64,000 bases of DNA from Kiloniellaceae bacterium. GTDB taxonomy: Bacteria > Pseudomonadota > Alphaproteobacteria > Kiloniellales > J153. Each line of letters opens with the position of its first letter. The first letter of the stretch is position 1. Shown here piece by piece: positions 8,615 through 17,906 of this stretch. Location of the stretch: the NCBI GenBank assembly GCA_021776115.1, contig JAJFGN010000057.1, forward strand, positions 523-64,522. The letters run 5' to 3'. The notes beneath the pieces are model-generated. The model searched no databases, had not been told where the DNA came from, and saw only the letters and a program-made list of their open reading frames with translations. The position numbers and the translations under genes were made by a program.

Positions 8615-9787
8615 ATGACCGACCGAGAGAGCCGCCCCAACCGCCCGCGCTTCGCGACCCGCGCGATCCATGCCGGGCAGTCGCCCGATCCTTCGACCGG
8701 GGCGATCATGCCGCCGATCTACGCGACCTCGACCTACGTCCAGGAATCTCCGGGGGTCCACAAGGGCTACGAGTACAGCCGCTCGCAGAACCCGACGCGG
8801 ATGGCCTACGAGCGCTGCATCGCCGATCTGGAAGGCGGCGCGCAAGGCTACGCCTTCGCCTCGGGCATGGCCGCGACCTCGACGGCGCTGGAGCTGCTGG
8901 ATTCAGGCGACCACGTGATCGCCATGAACGATCTCTATGGCGGCACTTACCGTCTGTTCGAAAACGTGCGCAAACGCTCCGCCGGATTGAACTTCAGCTT
9001 CGTGGATTTGAGCGATAGGGGCGCGCTGGAAGCGGCGGTGCGGCCGGAGACCAAGATGATCTGGGTCGAGACCCCCACCAACCCCCTGCTGACCCTGGTC
9101 GATCTGGAGGCGGTCGCGGCCTTCGCGCGCAAACGTGGCATCCTCTGCGTGGCCGACAACACCTTCGCCAGTCCCTGGGTCCAGCGCCCGATCGAGCAAG
9201 GCTTCGACATGGTCATGCACTCGGCCACCAAGTACCTCAACGGTCATTCCGACATGGTCGGCGGAATCCTGGTGGTCCGCGCGGACGAGGACCTGGCCCA
9301 GCGCCTGGCCTACCTGCACAACGCGGTCGGCGGGGTCCAGGGCCCCTTCGACAGCTTCCTGGCCCTGCGCGGTCTCAAGACCCTGGCGCTGAGGATGGAA
9401 CGCCATTGCGCCAACGCCCAGGCGGTCGCGGAATACCTGGAAGGCCAACCGGGCGTGGAGCGGGTCTATTACCCCGGCCTCGCCAGCCATCCCCAGCATC
9501 CCCTGGCCCAGCGCCAGATGGATGCCTTCGGCGGCATGGTCACCGCGGTCCTGAAAGGGGGTCTAAGCACCGCCCGGCGGTTCCTGGAACGGGTCGAGAT
9601 CTTCGCCCTGGCCGAAAGTCTGGGCGGGGTCGAGAGCCTGATCGAACACCCCGCGATCATGACACATGCCTCGATTCCGGCGGAAATCAGGGCCGAATTG
9701 GGTATCGGGGACGGCCTGGTGCGGCTTTCGGTCGGGGTTGAGGACAAGGCCGACCTGATTGCCGACCTGGCGCAGGCGCTAACTTGA
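8615..9787 (+). CDS. Cys/Met-metabolism PLP enzyme (cystathionine gamma-lyase / gamma-synthase family)
   Basis: N-terminus FATRAIHAGQ and PLP-lysine motif HSATKYLNGHSD. A GAGGA ribosome-binding site precedes the ATG at 8615. Confidence 0.85.
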   Translation: MTDRESRPNRPRFATRAIHAGQSPDPSTGAIMPPIYATSTYVQESPGVHKGYEYSRSQNPTRMAYERCIADLEGGAQGYAFASGMAATSTALELLDSGDHVIAMNDLYGGTYRLFENVRKRSAGLNFSFVDLSDRGALEAAVRPETKMIWVETPTNPLLTLVDLEAVAAFARKRGILCVADNTFASPWVQRPIEQGFDMVMHSATKYLNGHSDMVGGILVVRADEDLAQRLAYLHNAVGGVQGPFDSFLALRGLKTLALRMERHCANAQAVAEYLEGQPGVERVYYPGLASHPQHPLAQRQMDAFGGMVTAVLKGGLSTARRFLERVEIFALAESLGGVESLIEHPAIMTHASIPAEIRAELGIGDGLVRLSVGVEDKADLIADLAQALT

Positions 9788-9915
9788 CCGGTACCGTAAT
9801 CCAACCTATTCGAATTCCAGATTATTCATTTGAAATCATAGAGTTAAATCCTTCTTAACCGGCTCTAGCGACAATAGGGATCATTCGCCCCAAATTGCGC
9901 GGACCGGGTCTCACG

Positions 9916-10782
9916 ATGCTCATAATTATCGGTGTTGTCGTCGTCACCGCCTCAGTCGTCGGCGGCTATGCGATTCCGGGCGGCCACTTGGCCGTCTTGT
10001 TTCAGCCGTTCGAGTTCATGATCATCTTCGGCGCGGCGATCGGCGCCTTCATCACCGGCAACACCAAGACGATCATAGGCGGCGCCGGCAAGAGCTTCGG
10101 GCGTATGATCAAGGGGCCCAAGCATGGCCGCGACGCTTATGTCGAGCTGCTGAGCGCTCTCTACCAGATCTTCAAGCTAGCGCGCTCCAAGGGCAACCTG
10201 GCCCTGGAAGCGCATGTCGAAAACCCCGACGAAAGCGATATCTTCTCGCAATTCCCGGCGGTCCAGGGCGACCACCACGCCATGCTGTTCATCTGCGACT
10301 ACCTGCGCCTTTTGACCATGGGCTCGGACAACCCGCACGAGCTCGAAGCCTTGATGGACTTGGACTTGGAGGCCCATCACGAGGAGGAGCACGCCGTCGC
10401 CAGCGCTTTGACCAGCATGTCCGACGGCATGCCGGCCCTGGGCATCGTCGCCGCGGTTCTCGGCGTGATTCACACCATGGGCTCGATCACCGAGCCACCG
10501 GAGATCTTGGGTCATTTGATCGGCGCCGCCCTGGTCGGCACCTTCGCTGGAATTCTTCTGTCCTATGGCTTCGTCGGTCCCCTGGCCTCGGCGCTGACCA
10601 ATATTATCGCGGCCGACAGCCGATACTACGTTTGCATCAAGGCCGGCATCCTTGCCCATGTCGCGGGCCACCCCCCGGCGATCGCGGTCGAATTCGCGCG
10701 CAAGACGTTATCGACCGATGTTCGCCCCAGCTTCTACGAGCTGGAGGAAGCCTTCGAAAACATGCCCGCGGCGGCTGCGTAG
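9916..10782 (+). CDS. motA: Flagellar motor stator protein MotA
   Basis: 288 aa with four TM segments. The N-terminus MLIIIGVVVV...GGYAIPGGHL and the C-terminal plug/TM3-4 region are typical of MotA. Confidence 0.85.
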   Translation: MLIIIGVVVVTASVVGGYAIPGGHLAVLFQPFEFMIIFGAAIGAFITGNTKTIIGGAGKSFGRMIKGPKHGRDAYVELLSALYQIFKLARSKGNLALEAHVENPDESDIFSQFPAVQGDHHAMLFICDYLRLLTMGSDNPHELEALMDLDLEAHHEEEHAVASALTSMSDGMPALGIVAAVLGVIHTMGSITEPPEILGHLIGAALVGTFAGILLSYGFVGPLASALTNIIAADSRYYVCIKAGILAHVAGHPPAIAVEFARKTLSTDVRPSFYELEEAFENMPAAAA

Positions 10783-10803
10783 CAGAGCGGCAGAGATCAC
10801 GTC

Positions 10804-11778
10804 ATGGCCGATAAGCCCGAAGAGGGCAACGCACCCACAATAATCATCAAGAAGGTCAAGAAGGGCGGCCATGGCCATCACGGCGGCGCCTGGAAAGTCG
10901 CCTACGCCGATTTCGTCACCGCGATGATGGCGTTCTTCCTTTTGCTTTGGCTCCTCCAGGCCACGACGGAAGAGCAGAAGTTGGGCATCGCCGATTACTT
11001 CTCGCCCTCCAGCGTGTCGCGCTCTACCAGCGGTAGCGGCGGCATCATGGGCGGCCGAACCTTCACCAAGGAAGGGGCCAGACCCAACGACCAGACACCG
11101 GTTGGCGTCATGATCAAGTTGCCGACCAATCCGCCGGATTTCGACAACACCGGCGACCCGCAAGAAAACACGGCGACGACTCAGACGGGCCCGGGCGGAT
11201 CGGAAAACCCCGACCAGGCCGATCAGGATCCCGCCACCGAGCAGCTTGAGGAGTTCCTGGCCAAGCGCGAGGAAGAACAGTTCGCCGAGGTGGAGCAGGC
11301 CCTGCGCGAAGCCATGGAGGAGGTGCCGGACTTGCGCAAACTGACCAACAATTTGCTGATCGACCAGACCGAGGAAGGCCTTCGCATCCAGATCGTCGAC
11401 GAGGACGGTAAGTCCATGTTCCCCTCCGGCAGCGCCGAGATGTTCGGCCACACGCGCGAAATCCTGTCCTTGGTTGTCGACGCCATCCAGCAACTGCCGC
11501 AACAGATCGCGATCAAGGGCCACACCGACGCGTCCCCCTTCTCGACCAAAAACGGCTACACGAACTGGGAGCTTTCCACCGACCGCGCCAATGCCAGCCG
11601 CCGGGCACTGACTGCGTCTGGCTTGCGGCCGGAGCGGATCTCCTCGGTGGCCGGATTGGCGGACAAGGAACTCTTGGACGAGGCGGACCCCTACTCGCCG
11701 CGCAACCGCCGGGTCTCGGTGATCCTGCTTCGCGAGACCGGCCAGCCGCCGCAAACCGCCGTCAAGCCGGCCGAGTAG
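10804..11778 (+). CDS. motB: Flagellar motor protein MotB (OmpA-like C-terminal domain)
   Basis: WKVAYADFVTAMMAFFLLLWLL TM segment with the conserved Asp. The C-terminal OmpA-like domain contains NWELSTDRANASRR...NRRVSV. Confidence 0.85.
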   Translation: MADKPEEGNAPTIIIKKVKKGGHGHHGGAWKVAYADFVTAMMAFFLLLWLLQATTEEQKLGIADYFSPSSVSRSTSGSGGIMGGRTFTKEGARPNDQTPVGVMIKLPTNPPDFDNTGDPQENTATTQTGPGGSENPDQADQDPATEQLEEFLAKREEEQFAEVEQALREAMEEVPDLRKLTNNLLIDQTEEGLRIQIVDEDGKSMFPSGSAEMFGHTREILSLVVDAIQQLPQQIAIKGHTDASPFSTKNGYTNWELSTDRANASRRALTASGLRPERISSVAGLADKELLDEADPYSPRNRRVSVILLRETGQPPQTAVKPAE

Positions 11779-11846
11779 CGGGCGCCGGGGTGGCCCGCGC
11801 GCCGCCCGACTTGACGGACCGGCCGCCGACCCCCATGTGAAAACCG

Positions 11847-12380
11847 ATGTACCCAGCCTCTGGGAGGTGGCGCCGCGTGGATCCCTCGACGAACTTGCCG
11901 AGCCTTTCGCTAGCCGATTCCGCCTGGGGTGAGGCGCCGCCCGATCCGCTGTCGGTGCCTGGATACTACGATGGTTTGTTGTGGCGCCGAAGCCTGGGGT
12001 TCCTGGCCGACATGGTGCTCGTTTGGGCCTTGAACGCGGCCCTCGTCGTCGCGTTCTTTCTAGCTGGCGTCCTGACCTTGGGCTTGCTGTGGCCGCTAGG
12101 CGCTGTTGTCTTGGCCATCCTCCCGGTGGCTTACCACACCTATTTCATCGGCCATGGAGGCGCCACGCCGGGCATGGCCCTGTTCGACGTCCAAATTCGC
12201 ACCTGGACCGGCAAGCGCCTCGATTATCCTCAGGCCTTTCTCCAGACCGCTTTATTCTACACCACGGTTCCCATGACCGGCGGGTTGATCCTGGTCGTCA
12301 GCCTGTTCAACGACCGCCGCCGCACCCTGCACGATATCTTGGCCGGAACCCTGGCCCTGCGCCGTACGCCGCCCAGCTAG
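11847..12380 (+). CDS. RDD-family membrane protein
   Basis: Three TM helices, with LWRRSLGFLAD near the N-terminus and NDRRRTLHDILAGT near the C-terminus (RDD signature). Confidence 0.7.
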   Translation: MYPASGRWRRVDPSTNLPSLSLADSAWGEAPPDPLSVPGYYDGLLWRRSLGFLADMVLVWALNAALVVAFFLAGVLTLGLLWPLGAVVLAILPVAYHTYFIGHGGATPGMALFDVQIRTWTGKRLDYPQAFLQTALFYTTVPMTGGLILVVSLFNDRRRTLHDILAGTLALRRTPPS

Positions 12381-12539
12381 GGCCTGATCCGGCCACACAT
12401 TAGGCATATCGGTTAACAAAACAGGTCTGGCAAGCGCCCCCCCTTCCCTGCGATAATGGTTCCGCCTAGCGGCACTGGCGGTCGTGGCTCCTCATATTGG
12501 GGGCGCGACGGGTAAACCAAAAACAAACAAAGCCGCGGA

Positions 12540-13316
12540 ATGAGACAGGGACGGAACCCGATCGGACTCGATCCACGAAACGGCGCGGCTGGCCTTGGCT
12601 TGCCGCAGCAGGTGTTCTTTGTCTTGTCGGACACGCCCTGCCCCTACGTGCCCGGGCAACGCGAAAAGAAGCTGATTACCGAAATCGACCGCGGCGATCC
12701 CAATGGGTCCTATAGCGACTTGTCGCGCGCCGGATTCCGGCGTAGCCATCATTTCGCCTACCGGCCGGCCTGCACGGACTGCCGCTCGTGTGTGCCGGTC
12801 CGCATCCCCACCTATGGCTTCACTCCCAGCCGGTCGCAAAAGCGGGTCTGGCGCGCGAACGCGGCGCTTGAGGCGTGCGAGGTACCCGCGCATGCGACCG
12901 CGGAACAATATAGCGTGTTCGCCAAGTATATCGCCTCACGCCACGGCGACGGCGAGATGGCCGGCATGTCGCTGGCCGACTACAAGAGCATGATCCATCA
13001 CAGCCGGGTCGACAGCCGCTTGACAGAATTCCGCGCGCCTGACGGAAGCCTGGCCGCGGTCTGTCTCATTGACTGGCTGGATGACGGCCCGTCCGCCGTA
13101 TACAGCTACTTCGATCCCGCATTCAGTGAGCGAAGCCTGGGCACCTACATGATTCTGTGGCTGGTCGAGGAGGCGCAACGCCGGGGTCTTCCCTACGCGT
13201 ACCTCGGATACTGGATCGCGGAGTCTCCGAAAATGTCCTACAAGTTGCGCTTCCGTCCCCTGGAAGCGCTCGGCACGCAGGGTTGGAAAACTTTGGCCCC
13301 GCCCGCCGAGGCGTAA
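12540..13316 (+). CDS. bpt: Arginyl/leucyl-tRNA--protein transferase of the Bpt type (N-end rule)
   Basis: Motifs PCPYVPGQ, GFRRSHHFAYRPAC..C, AVYSYFDP and YAYLGYWI are characteristic of bacterial Bpt/Ate1-like transferases. Confidence 0.85.
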   Translation: MRQGRNPIGLDPRNGAAGLGLPQQVFFVLSDTPCPYVPGQREKKLITEIDRGDPNGSYSDLSRAGFRRSHHFAYRPACTDCRSCVPVRIPTYGFTPSRSQKRVWRANAALEACEVPAHATAEQYSVFAKYIASRHGDGEMAGMSLADYKSMIHHSRVDSRLTEFRAPDGSLAAVCLIDWLDDGPSAVYSYFDPAFSERSLGTYMILWLVEEAQRRGLPYAYLGYWIAESPKMSYKLRFRPLEALGTQGWKTLAPPAEA

Positions 13317-13453
13317 AGCTCCGGGGTCTGCGGTCTGCTTGAACTCCCACGGCCTAGCCCTTATTGTCGCCGAGCGTTCGGCGAGTGCGTCGCTGCTCTG
13401 CGATGGCTGGGCTGCGGGTCTCGATCAATTCTGTCTGGGAGGTAACTGAAATC

Positions 13454-14611
13454 ATGTCGAAAAACGACACAACGACCACTGGCGCCCGCGCCGATAAAGG
13501 GCTCAAGCGCCGCGATTTTATCAAGAAAGCCACGGCGACAACCCTTGCGGCGACCGCCGTCGCGGCATCGAATTTCCCCAAGCCGTCGCTATCGCAAGGG
13601 CGCATGCAGTGGCGCATGCAAACGACCTGGCCCAAGAACTTCCCGGGCCTCGGCACCGGCGCCAACAAGCTGGCGGAGTTTATTGGCAAGGCATCGGACG
13701 GACGGCTGACGGTCGAGGTGTTCGGCGGTGGCGAGATCGTGCCGGCCTTCGAGACCATGGACGCGGTTTCCAGCGGCACCATCGAAATGGGCCACGGCGC
13801 GCCCTACTACTGGAAGGGCAAGGTGCCGGCGAGCCAGTTCATCGCCTCCATCCCCTTCGGGCTCAACGCCCTGGAGCAGAACTCCTGGCTTCAGTTCGGC
13901 GGCGGTCAAGAGCTCGCCGACAAGGTTTACAAGCGATTGGGCTGCAAGTTCTTCGCCTCCGGCAACACCGGCGTGCAGGGCGGCGGCTGGTTCAACAAGG
14001 AGATCAACTCGCTCGAGGACTACAAGGGCCTCAAGATGCGCATCCCGGGTCTCGGCGGCGAGGTCGTAAAGGCCGCGGGCGGCAACGTCGTGAACTTGCC
14101 CGGCGGCGAGATTCCCCCGGCCCTGTCATCGGGCGCCATCGACGCGACCGAGTGGGTCGGACCCTACAACGATTTGGCCTTCGGTCTCTATAAGAGCGCC
14201 AAGTTCTACTACTTCCCAGGCTGGCACGAACCCGCGACCCTGCTCGACAACTTCATCAACCTGAGCGCCTGGGATAAGCTTTCGGGCGACCTCAAGGCCA
14301 TCGTAGAAATGGCGAACTCCTATGCGAACACGTATGTGATCAACGAGTTTACGGCCAACAACAACGCCTCGCTCAATACCTTGGTCAACAAGCACGGCGT
14401 GGTCGTCAAGAAGTTCCCCGACTCGGTGCTCGACGGTCTCGGCGCGCTTTCCGGCAAGGTTATCGGCGATCTGGCCGCGGCCGACTCACTGAGTGCAGAG
14501 GTGCTGACCAGCATCGTGGCCTTCCGCAAGCAATCTATCGCTTACGCCAAGTTCTCGGAGCAAGCCTTCTACAACGCGCGCGGCCTGCCCTTTGAGTGGG
14601 TACACCTCTAG
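13454..14611 (+). CDS. TRAP transporter solute-binding protein (DctP-like, mannitol/chloroaromatic subtype) with a Tat signal
   Basis: Twin-arginine motif KRRDFIKKATA. Mature part contains WRMQTTWPKNFPGLG and GHGAPYYWKGK. A GGGAGG ribosome-binding site precedes the ATG at 13454. Confidence 0.8.
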   Translation: MSKNDTTTTGARADKGLKRRDFIKKATATTLAATAVAASNFPKPSLSQGRMQWRMQTTWPKNFPGLGTGANKLAEFIGKASDGRLTVEVFGGGEIVPAFETMDAVSSGTIEMGHGAPYYWKGKVPASQFIASIPFGLNALEQNSWLQFGGGQELADKVYKRLGCKFFASGNTGVQGGGWFNKEINSLEDYKGLKMRIPGLGGEVVKAAGGNVVNLPGGEIPPALSSGAIDATEWVGPYNDLAFGLYKSAKFYYFPGWHEPATLLDNFINLSAWDKLSGDLKAIVEMANSYANTYVINEFTANNNASLNTLVNKHGVVVKKFPDSVLDGLGALSGKVIGDLAAADSLSAEVLTSIVAFRKQSIAYAKFSEQAFYNARGLPFEWVHL

Positions 14612-14635
14612 TCGCCGAGAAGCGATGACTTGAAC

Positions 14636-14669
14636 AGCGGCGGGGCCTTGGTCCCGCCGTTTTCGTTTT
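14636..14669 (+). terminator. Rho-independent terminator after the TRAP binding-protein gene
   Basis: CGGCGGG / CCCGCCG 7-bp stem (14638-14644 / 14653-14659) followed by TTTTCGTTTT. Confidence 0.6.
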
Positions 14670-14796
14670 GCCCGAAGCGATTGGGTCGGGGTCATATCCC
14701 TACTTGACGTTCGACGCGCTCGAAATACGACGCACGCTCGAACACCGGCTTTCGCTCCAAGCGGCCGTCATATCGCGCGGCACCGGGGTTCGATTC

Positions 14797-15240
14797 CTAC
14801 GCTGGCTCAGCGCGGAGGGTGATCTTGCCGTGCTTGGCGAGGTGGGCAAGAAGATAGGCGGCGCTTTCCTCGCCAATTCCCAACGCCTCTGCAAGGTCCG
14901 TCACATCCGTCGCGCCCTTTTCTTGCAGGTGCCGGATCGCTTGGTCTTCCATCGTTCCCAACCAGTCTGAAAAGAGGTTGTGCAATTCCGGCGATGCAAA
15001 GGCGGCCATGTCGGTGGTTCGCCTGATGGCGGTCAGCATCTCGGCGCACATACCCATGCACATCTGCATCATGGGCGGCGGGGCCTGCCCGCCCTCCGCC
15101 ATCTGGCCCATCATCTTCTGCATCATGGCCATGGGATTGGGGCCGCCCTTTCCCATCTGCGCCATCATTTTTTTGGCCATGCCAAAGCCCATCTCCATCG
15201 GGCTACCAGCCCCTTGCCCCTTGTTGTCTCCTTCGCTCAT
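14797..15240 (-). CDS. Met-rich protein with a C-terminal winged-helix-like domain (uncharacterised)
   Basis: 147 aa, with 20 Met in the first 80 residues (MxxM/MM repeats and a CMGMC motif). The C-terminus DVTDLAEALGIGEESAAYLLAHLAKHGKITL looks like a FeoC/wHTH fold. Its ATG overlaps the upstream stop codon (ATGA). Confidence 0.6.
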   Translation of the reverse strand: MSEGDNKGQGAGSPMEMGFGMAKKMMAQMGKGGPNPMAMMQKMMGQMAEGGQAPPPMMQMCMGMCAEMLTAIRRTTDMAAFASPELHNLFSDWLGTMEDQAIRHLQEKGATDVTDLAEALGIGEESAAYLLAHLAKHGKITLRAEPA

Positions 15241-15887
15241 GGCTCGTCTCCAACTTTAGTTGTCTCGGCCGCGCGGAAAACCGCGCCGTAGTGGAATGGC
15301 GGCAGTTCGACAAGCTGCTCCAGCGTGAAGCCAGCCGGTTCCACAACCAATCGCACGTCGTCCGGCGACATCCGCATCTCGGTCTTTGGCCCTCTCGGCT
15401 TGCCCAGGACGACGGTACGCTCGCGCGGCAGCGGGTGCCAATTGACAATGGCGAACTGGCCCCTGCGATTGAGGACTGCCGCCACGGCGCGCGCCATCGC
15501 AGTTTTCTCCGGCACGCCGTGGAAGGTGTTGGCGATCAGCACATAGTCGACCTTACCCGGCAGCAACTCCAACAAATCTCGGGCGTCAGCGCAGATCAGG
15601 TCCAGCACCGTGGTTTCGGTGCGCTCAAGTTCGGCGCGAGTCTTCTCAAGCATGGCGGGGTCTATGTCCACGCCGTATACCTGGCCCGCGACGGTCCGCG
15701 CGAGGGGTGCCGTGAAATGGCCATCGCCGCAGCACAGGTCCACGACCACCATGCCCGGCGCCACGCCAAGCGAACGCACGACGCCTTCGGGATCCGGCCA
15801 CAGGGCCGCCCACCAGTCACGATCCGGCATAGCCGTCGCAGGGAAAAAATCCTTCACCGCTTCCATCCCGCGTTCTTGATAACTCAT
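15237..15887 (-). CDS. Class I SAM-dependent methyltransferase
   Basis: Motif I VVDLCCGDGHF, acidic post-I residue YGVDID and IANTFHG. The ATG at 15887 is preferred over the TTG at 15908. Confidence 0.8.
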   Translation of the reverse strand: MSYQERGMEAVKDFFPATAMPDRDWWAALWPDPEGVVRSLGVAPGMVVVDLCCGDGHFTAPLARTVAGQVYGVDIDPAMLEKTRAELERTETTVLDLICADARDLLELLPGKVDYVLIANTFHGVPEKTAMARAVAAVLNRRGQFAIVNWHPLPRERTVVLGKPRGPKTEMRMSPDDVRLVVEPAGFTLEQLVELPPFHYGAVFRAAETTKVGDEP

Positions 15888-16065
15888 TTTGTTCGAGGCG
15901 TCCCCCAATCAAGATCAACGCGAGTTTTCAGCGGACGGCATTGACGCAAAGAGGCACGTTTGGGCCTTCAAACAGAAGCCCTAGCCGGTCCGCCCGGCCT
16001 TTACAGGGCTTCCGGGGCCCGGCTATCGTCAGGCGCGCCGTTCCACCCCCTTGAAGCCGAGGACC

Positions 16066-17205
16066 ATGACCGAGCTTCGCGACGCCAGCGCCACCATCGC
16101 CATGAAAAGCGGCGGCTACTACAGCGCCCGCACCAAGGGCGCGAAGGACGTCATCGACAACGCCGCGCCGCTGGTACTGAGCGCGGTCGAGGCGCTAGAC
16201 CTGGGCGGGAACTTGGGTGGGGACCCGAGCCGGCCAATCTGCTTAGCAGACTTCGGCGCCGCCGACGGCGGAACCTCCATGGAGATGATCGGCCGCGCCG
16301 TCGCAGCCCTGCGCGCGAAGGCGCCGGAGCGGCCCGTCGTGCTAACTTACACCGACCTCCCCAGTAACGATTTCTCCCAGGTTTTTCGCAATACCCAAGG
16401 AAACGGTTCCGCCGGAGATCATCTGACCGGCCAGGATCAGCTATTCGTTTTCGCGTCCGGCACCTCGTTCTATCGTCAAGTGCTGCCGCGCGCGAGCTTG
16501 AACCTGGGCTTCTCGGCGACCGCCATGCATTGGATTACCGGAACGCCGTGCCCGATCCGCGACCACGTCCACGCGGTCGGCGCCCAAGGCCGCGAGTTGG
16601 CAGCATTCACCGAACAGGGCATGCAGGATTGGGCCACCATCCTGCGCCACCGCGCGGCCGAATTGGTACCCGGCGGGCGCTTGGTCCTGGTCAATTTCTG
16701 CATCGACGAAGAGGGCCGCTACCTCGGCAACACCGGGGGCGCCAACATGTTCGATACTTTCAACTTTTTGTGGCAGCGTTTGCGCGACGACGGCGCGATC
16801 ACGGCGCGAGAGTACCAAAACACGAACTTTCCGCAGTTCTACAAGACGGTCGAACAGTTCCGCGCCCCGTTGGACGATCCGCACGGCCCGTTGCGCGCCG
16901 CCGGTCTGTCGCTGGAACATATCGAGACACGCGTCGTGCCCTGCCCCTACAAGGCCGAGTACCTAGCCAACGGCGACTTGGACGCCTTCGCGCCCGCCCT
17001 CGTTGGCACCCTGCGGTCCTGGAGTGAGACGGTGTTCATGAACGGTCTCGATCCGACCAGCCCAGCAGCGCGACGCCACAGCGTCGTTGAACGCTTCTAC
17101 AAGAGCTACGAAGACGAGATCCGCGCCGCGCCCGAAGATCATGCCATGGACTACGTGCACGTCTATATGACGATCGCTAAGGACGGGCCGGGCGCGAGAT
17201 TTTAG
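16066..17205 (+). CDS. SABATH-type (Methyltransf_7, plant carboxyl-methyltransferase-like) SAM-dependent methyltransferase
   Basis: By-eye alignment to plant SAMT: MKSGGYYSA~MKGGxGxxSY, LADFGAADGGTS~ADLGCSSGPN, TDLPSNDFS~NDLPGNDFN, GTSFYRQVLP~GSFYGRLFP, SATAMHWIT~SSYSLxWLS, ELVPGGRLVL~EVVPGGRMVL. Confidence 0.8.
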   Translation: MTELRDASATIAMKSGGYYSARTKGAKDVIDNAAPLVLSAVEALDLGGNLGGDPSRPICLADFGAADGGTSMEMIGRAVAALRAKAPERPVVLTYTDLPSNDFSQVFRNTQGNGSAGDHLTGQDQLFVFASGTSFYRQVLPRASLNLGFSATAMHWITGTPCPIRDHVHAVGAQGRELAAFTEQGMQDWATILRHRAAELVPGGRLVLVNFCIDEEGRYLGNTGGANMFDTFNFLWQRLRDDGAITAREYQNTNFPQFYKTVEQFRAPLDDPHGPLRAAGLSLEHIETRVVPCPYKAEYLANGDLDAFAPALVGTLRSWSETVFMNGLDPTSPAARRHSVVERFYKSYEDEIRAAPEDHAMDYVHVYMTIAKDGPGARF

Positions 17206-17225
17206 GGCGCCTAGGCACAGACCCA

Positions 17226-17906
17226 ATGGATCGACGCCAACAACTTTTATTGTCCTGGGAAACGAACGCGGACAATTGGATTCAGGCGGTTCGCGACGGC
17301 TTGATCCCGAGCAGAAGAGCCGGGACCGATCGCGCCATCCTGGACGCTATCCTGCGGCGCGCGCCCAAGCGCCTGCTCGACGTTGGATGCGGCGAAGGCT
17401 GGCTGGTTCGGCGTGTCGCCGATGCGGCCGGCTGCAAAGCGGTCGGCGTCGACGCGTCGGAGCCATTGATCCTCGCGGCGCGGGCCGCCGACCCCAAGAA
17501 CCGTTACGAGGTTTTGAGTTACGACGACCTGATTGCGGAAAAAGACAACCTGGGCGGAGGATTCAATGTCATCGCCTTCAACTACGCCCTCTTCGATGAA
17601 GACGCGGCGCGCCTGCTTGGCGCCATGAGGCGCCGGCTATCCGGCGATGGCGCCATGATCATCCAATCGCTGCATCCGCACGCGATCGGACCAACGGATG
17701 ACGAGGGCGATGCTTGGCGGGTCGAGGATTTCTCGGCCTTTGAAAGTCAGGGCTGGGCACCCATGCCGTGGTACTTTCGCACGCTCGAGTCTTGGCATCG
17801 GGTTATCCGCGAGGCCGGATTGACCATGGCGGAATTGTCTGAGCCCTCGGCCGGGCCGGACCTCCCCGCCCTGTCGCTGCTCATGGTTTGCACAGCGACT
17901 AGTTGA
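17226..17906 (+). CDS. Class I SAM-dependent methyltransferase
   Basis: Motif I LLDVGCGEGW, then GVDASE and NVIAFNYALF. It follows the SABATH gene by 20 nt on the same strand. Confidence 0.75.
   Translation: MDRRQQLLLSWETNADNWIQAVRDGLIPSRRAGTDRAILDAILRRAPKRLLDVGCGEGWLVRRVADAAGCKAVGVDASEPLILAARAADPKNRYEVLSYDDLIAEKDNLGGGFNVIAFNYALFDEDAARLLGAMRRRLSGDGAMIIQSLHPHAIGPTDDEGDAWRVEDFSAFESQGWAPMPWYFRTLESWHRVIREAGLTMAELSEPSAGPDLPALSLLMVCTATS

Noticed and set aside
9916-11778. The MotA/MotB pair lies far from any other flagellar gene, so it might be a Zorya-like (ZorAB) defence module.
   Set aside because: Both proteins have canonical stator sizes and motifs (288 aa MotA; MotB with an OmpA-like domain). 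No long ZorA tail or ZorC/D/E-type genes follow.
14787-14797. GGTTCGATTCC, a canonical tRNA T-arm/T-loop string, just downstream of the Met-rich ORF. It could be a tRNA gene or a tRNA-derived att remnant.
   Set aside because: The flanking bases do not form a T-stem (CGGGG versus CCTAC). No acceptor, D or anticodon arms can be drawn on either strand. No integrase is nearby.
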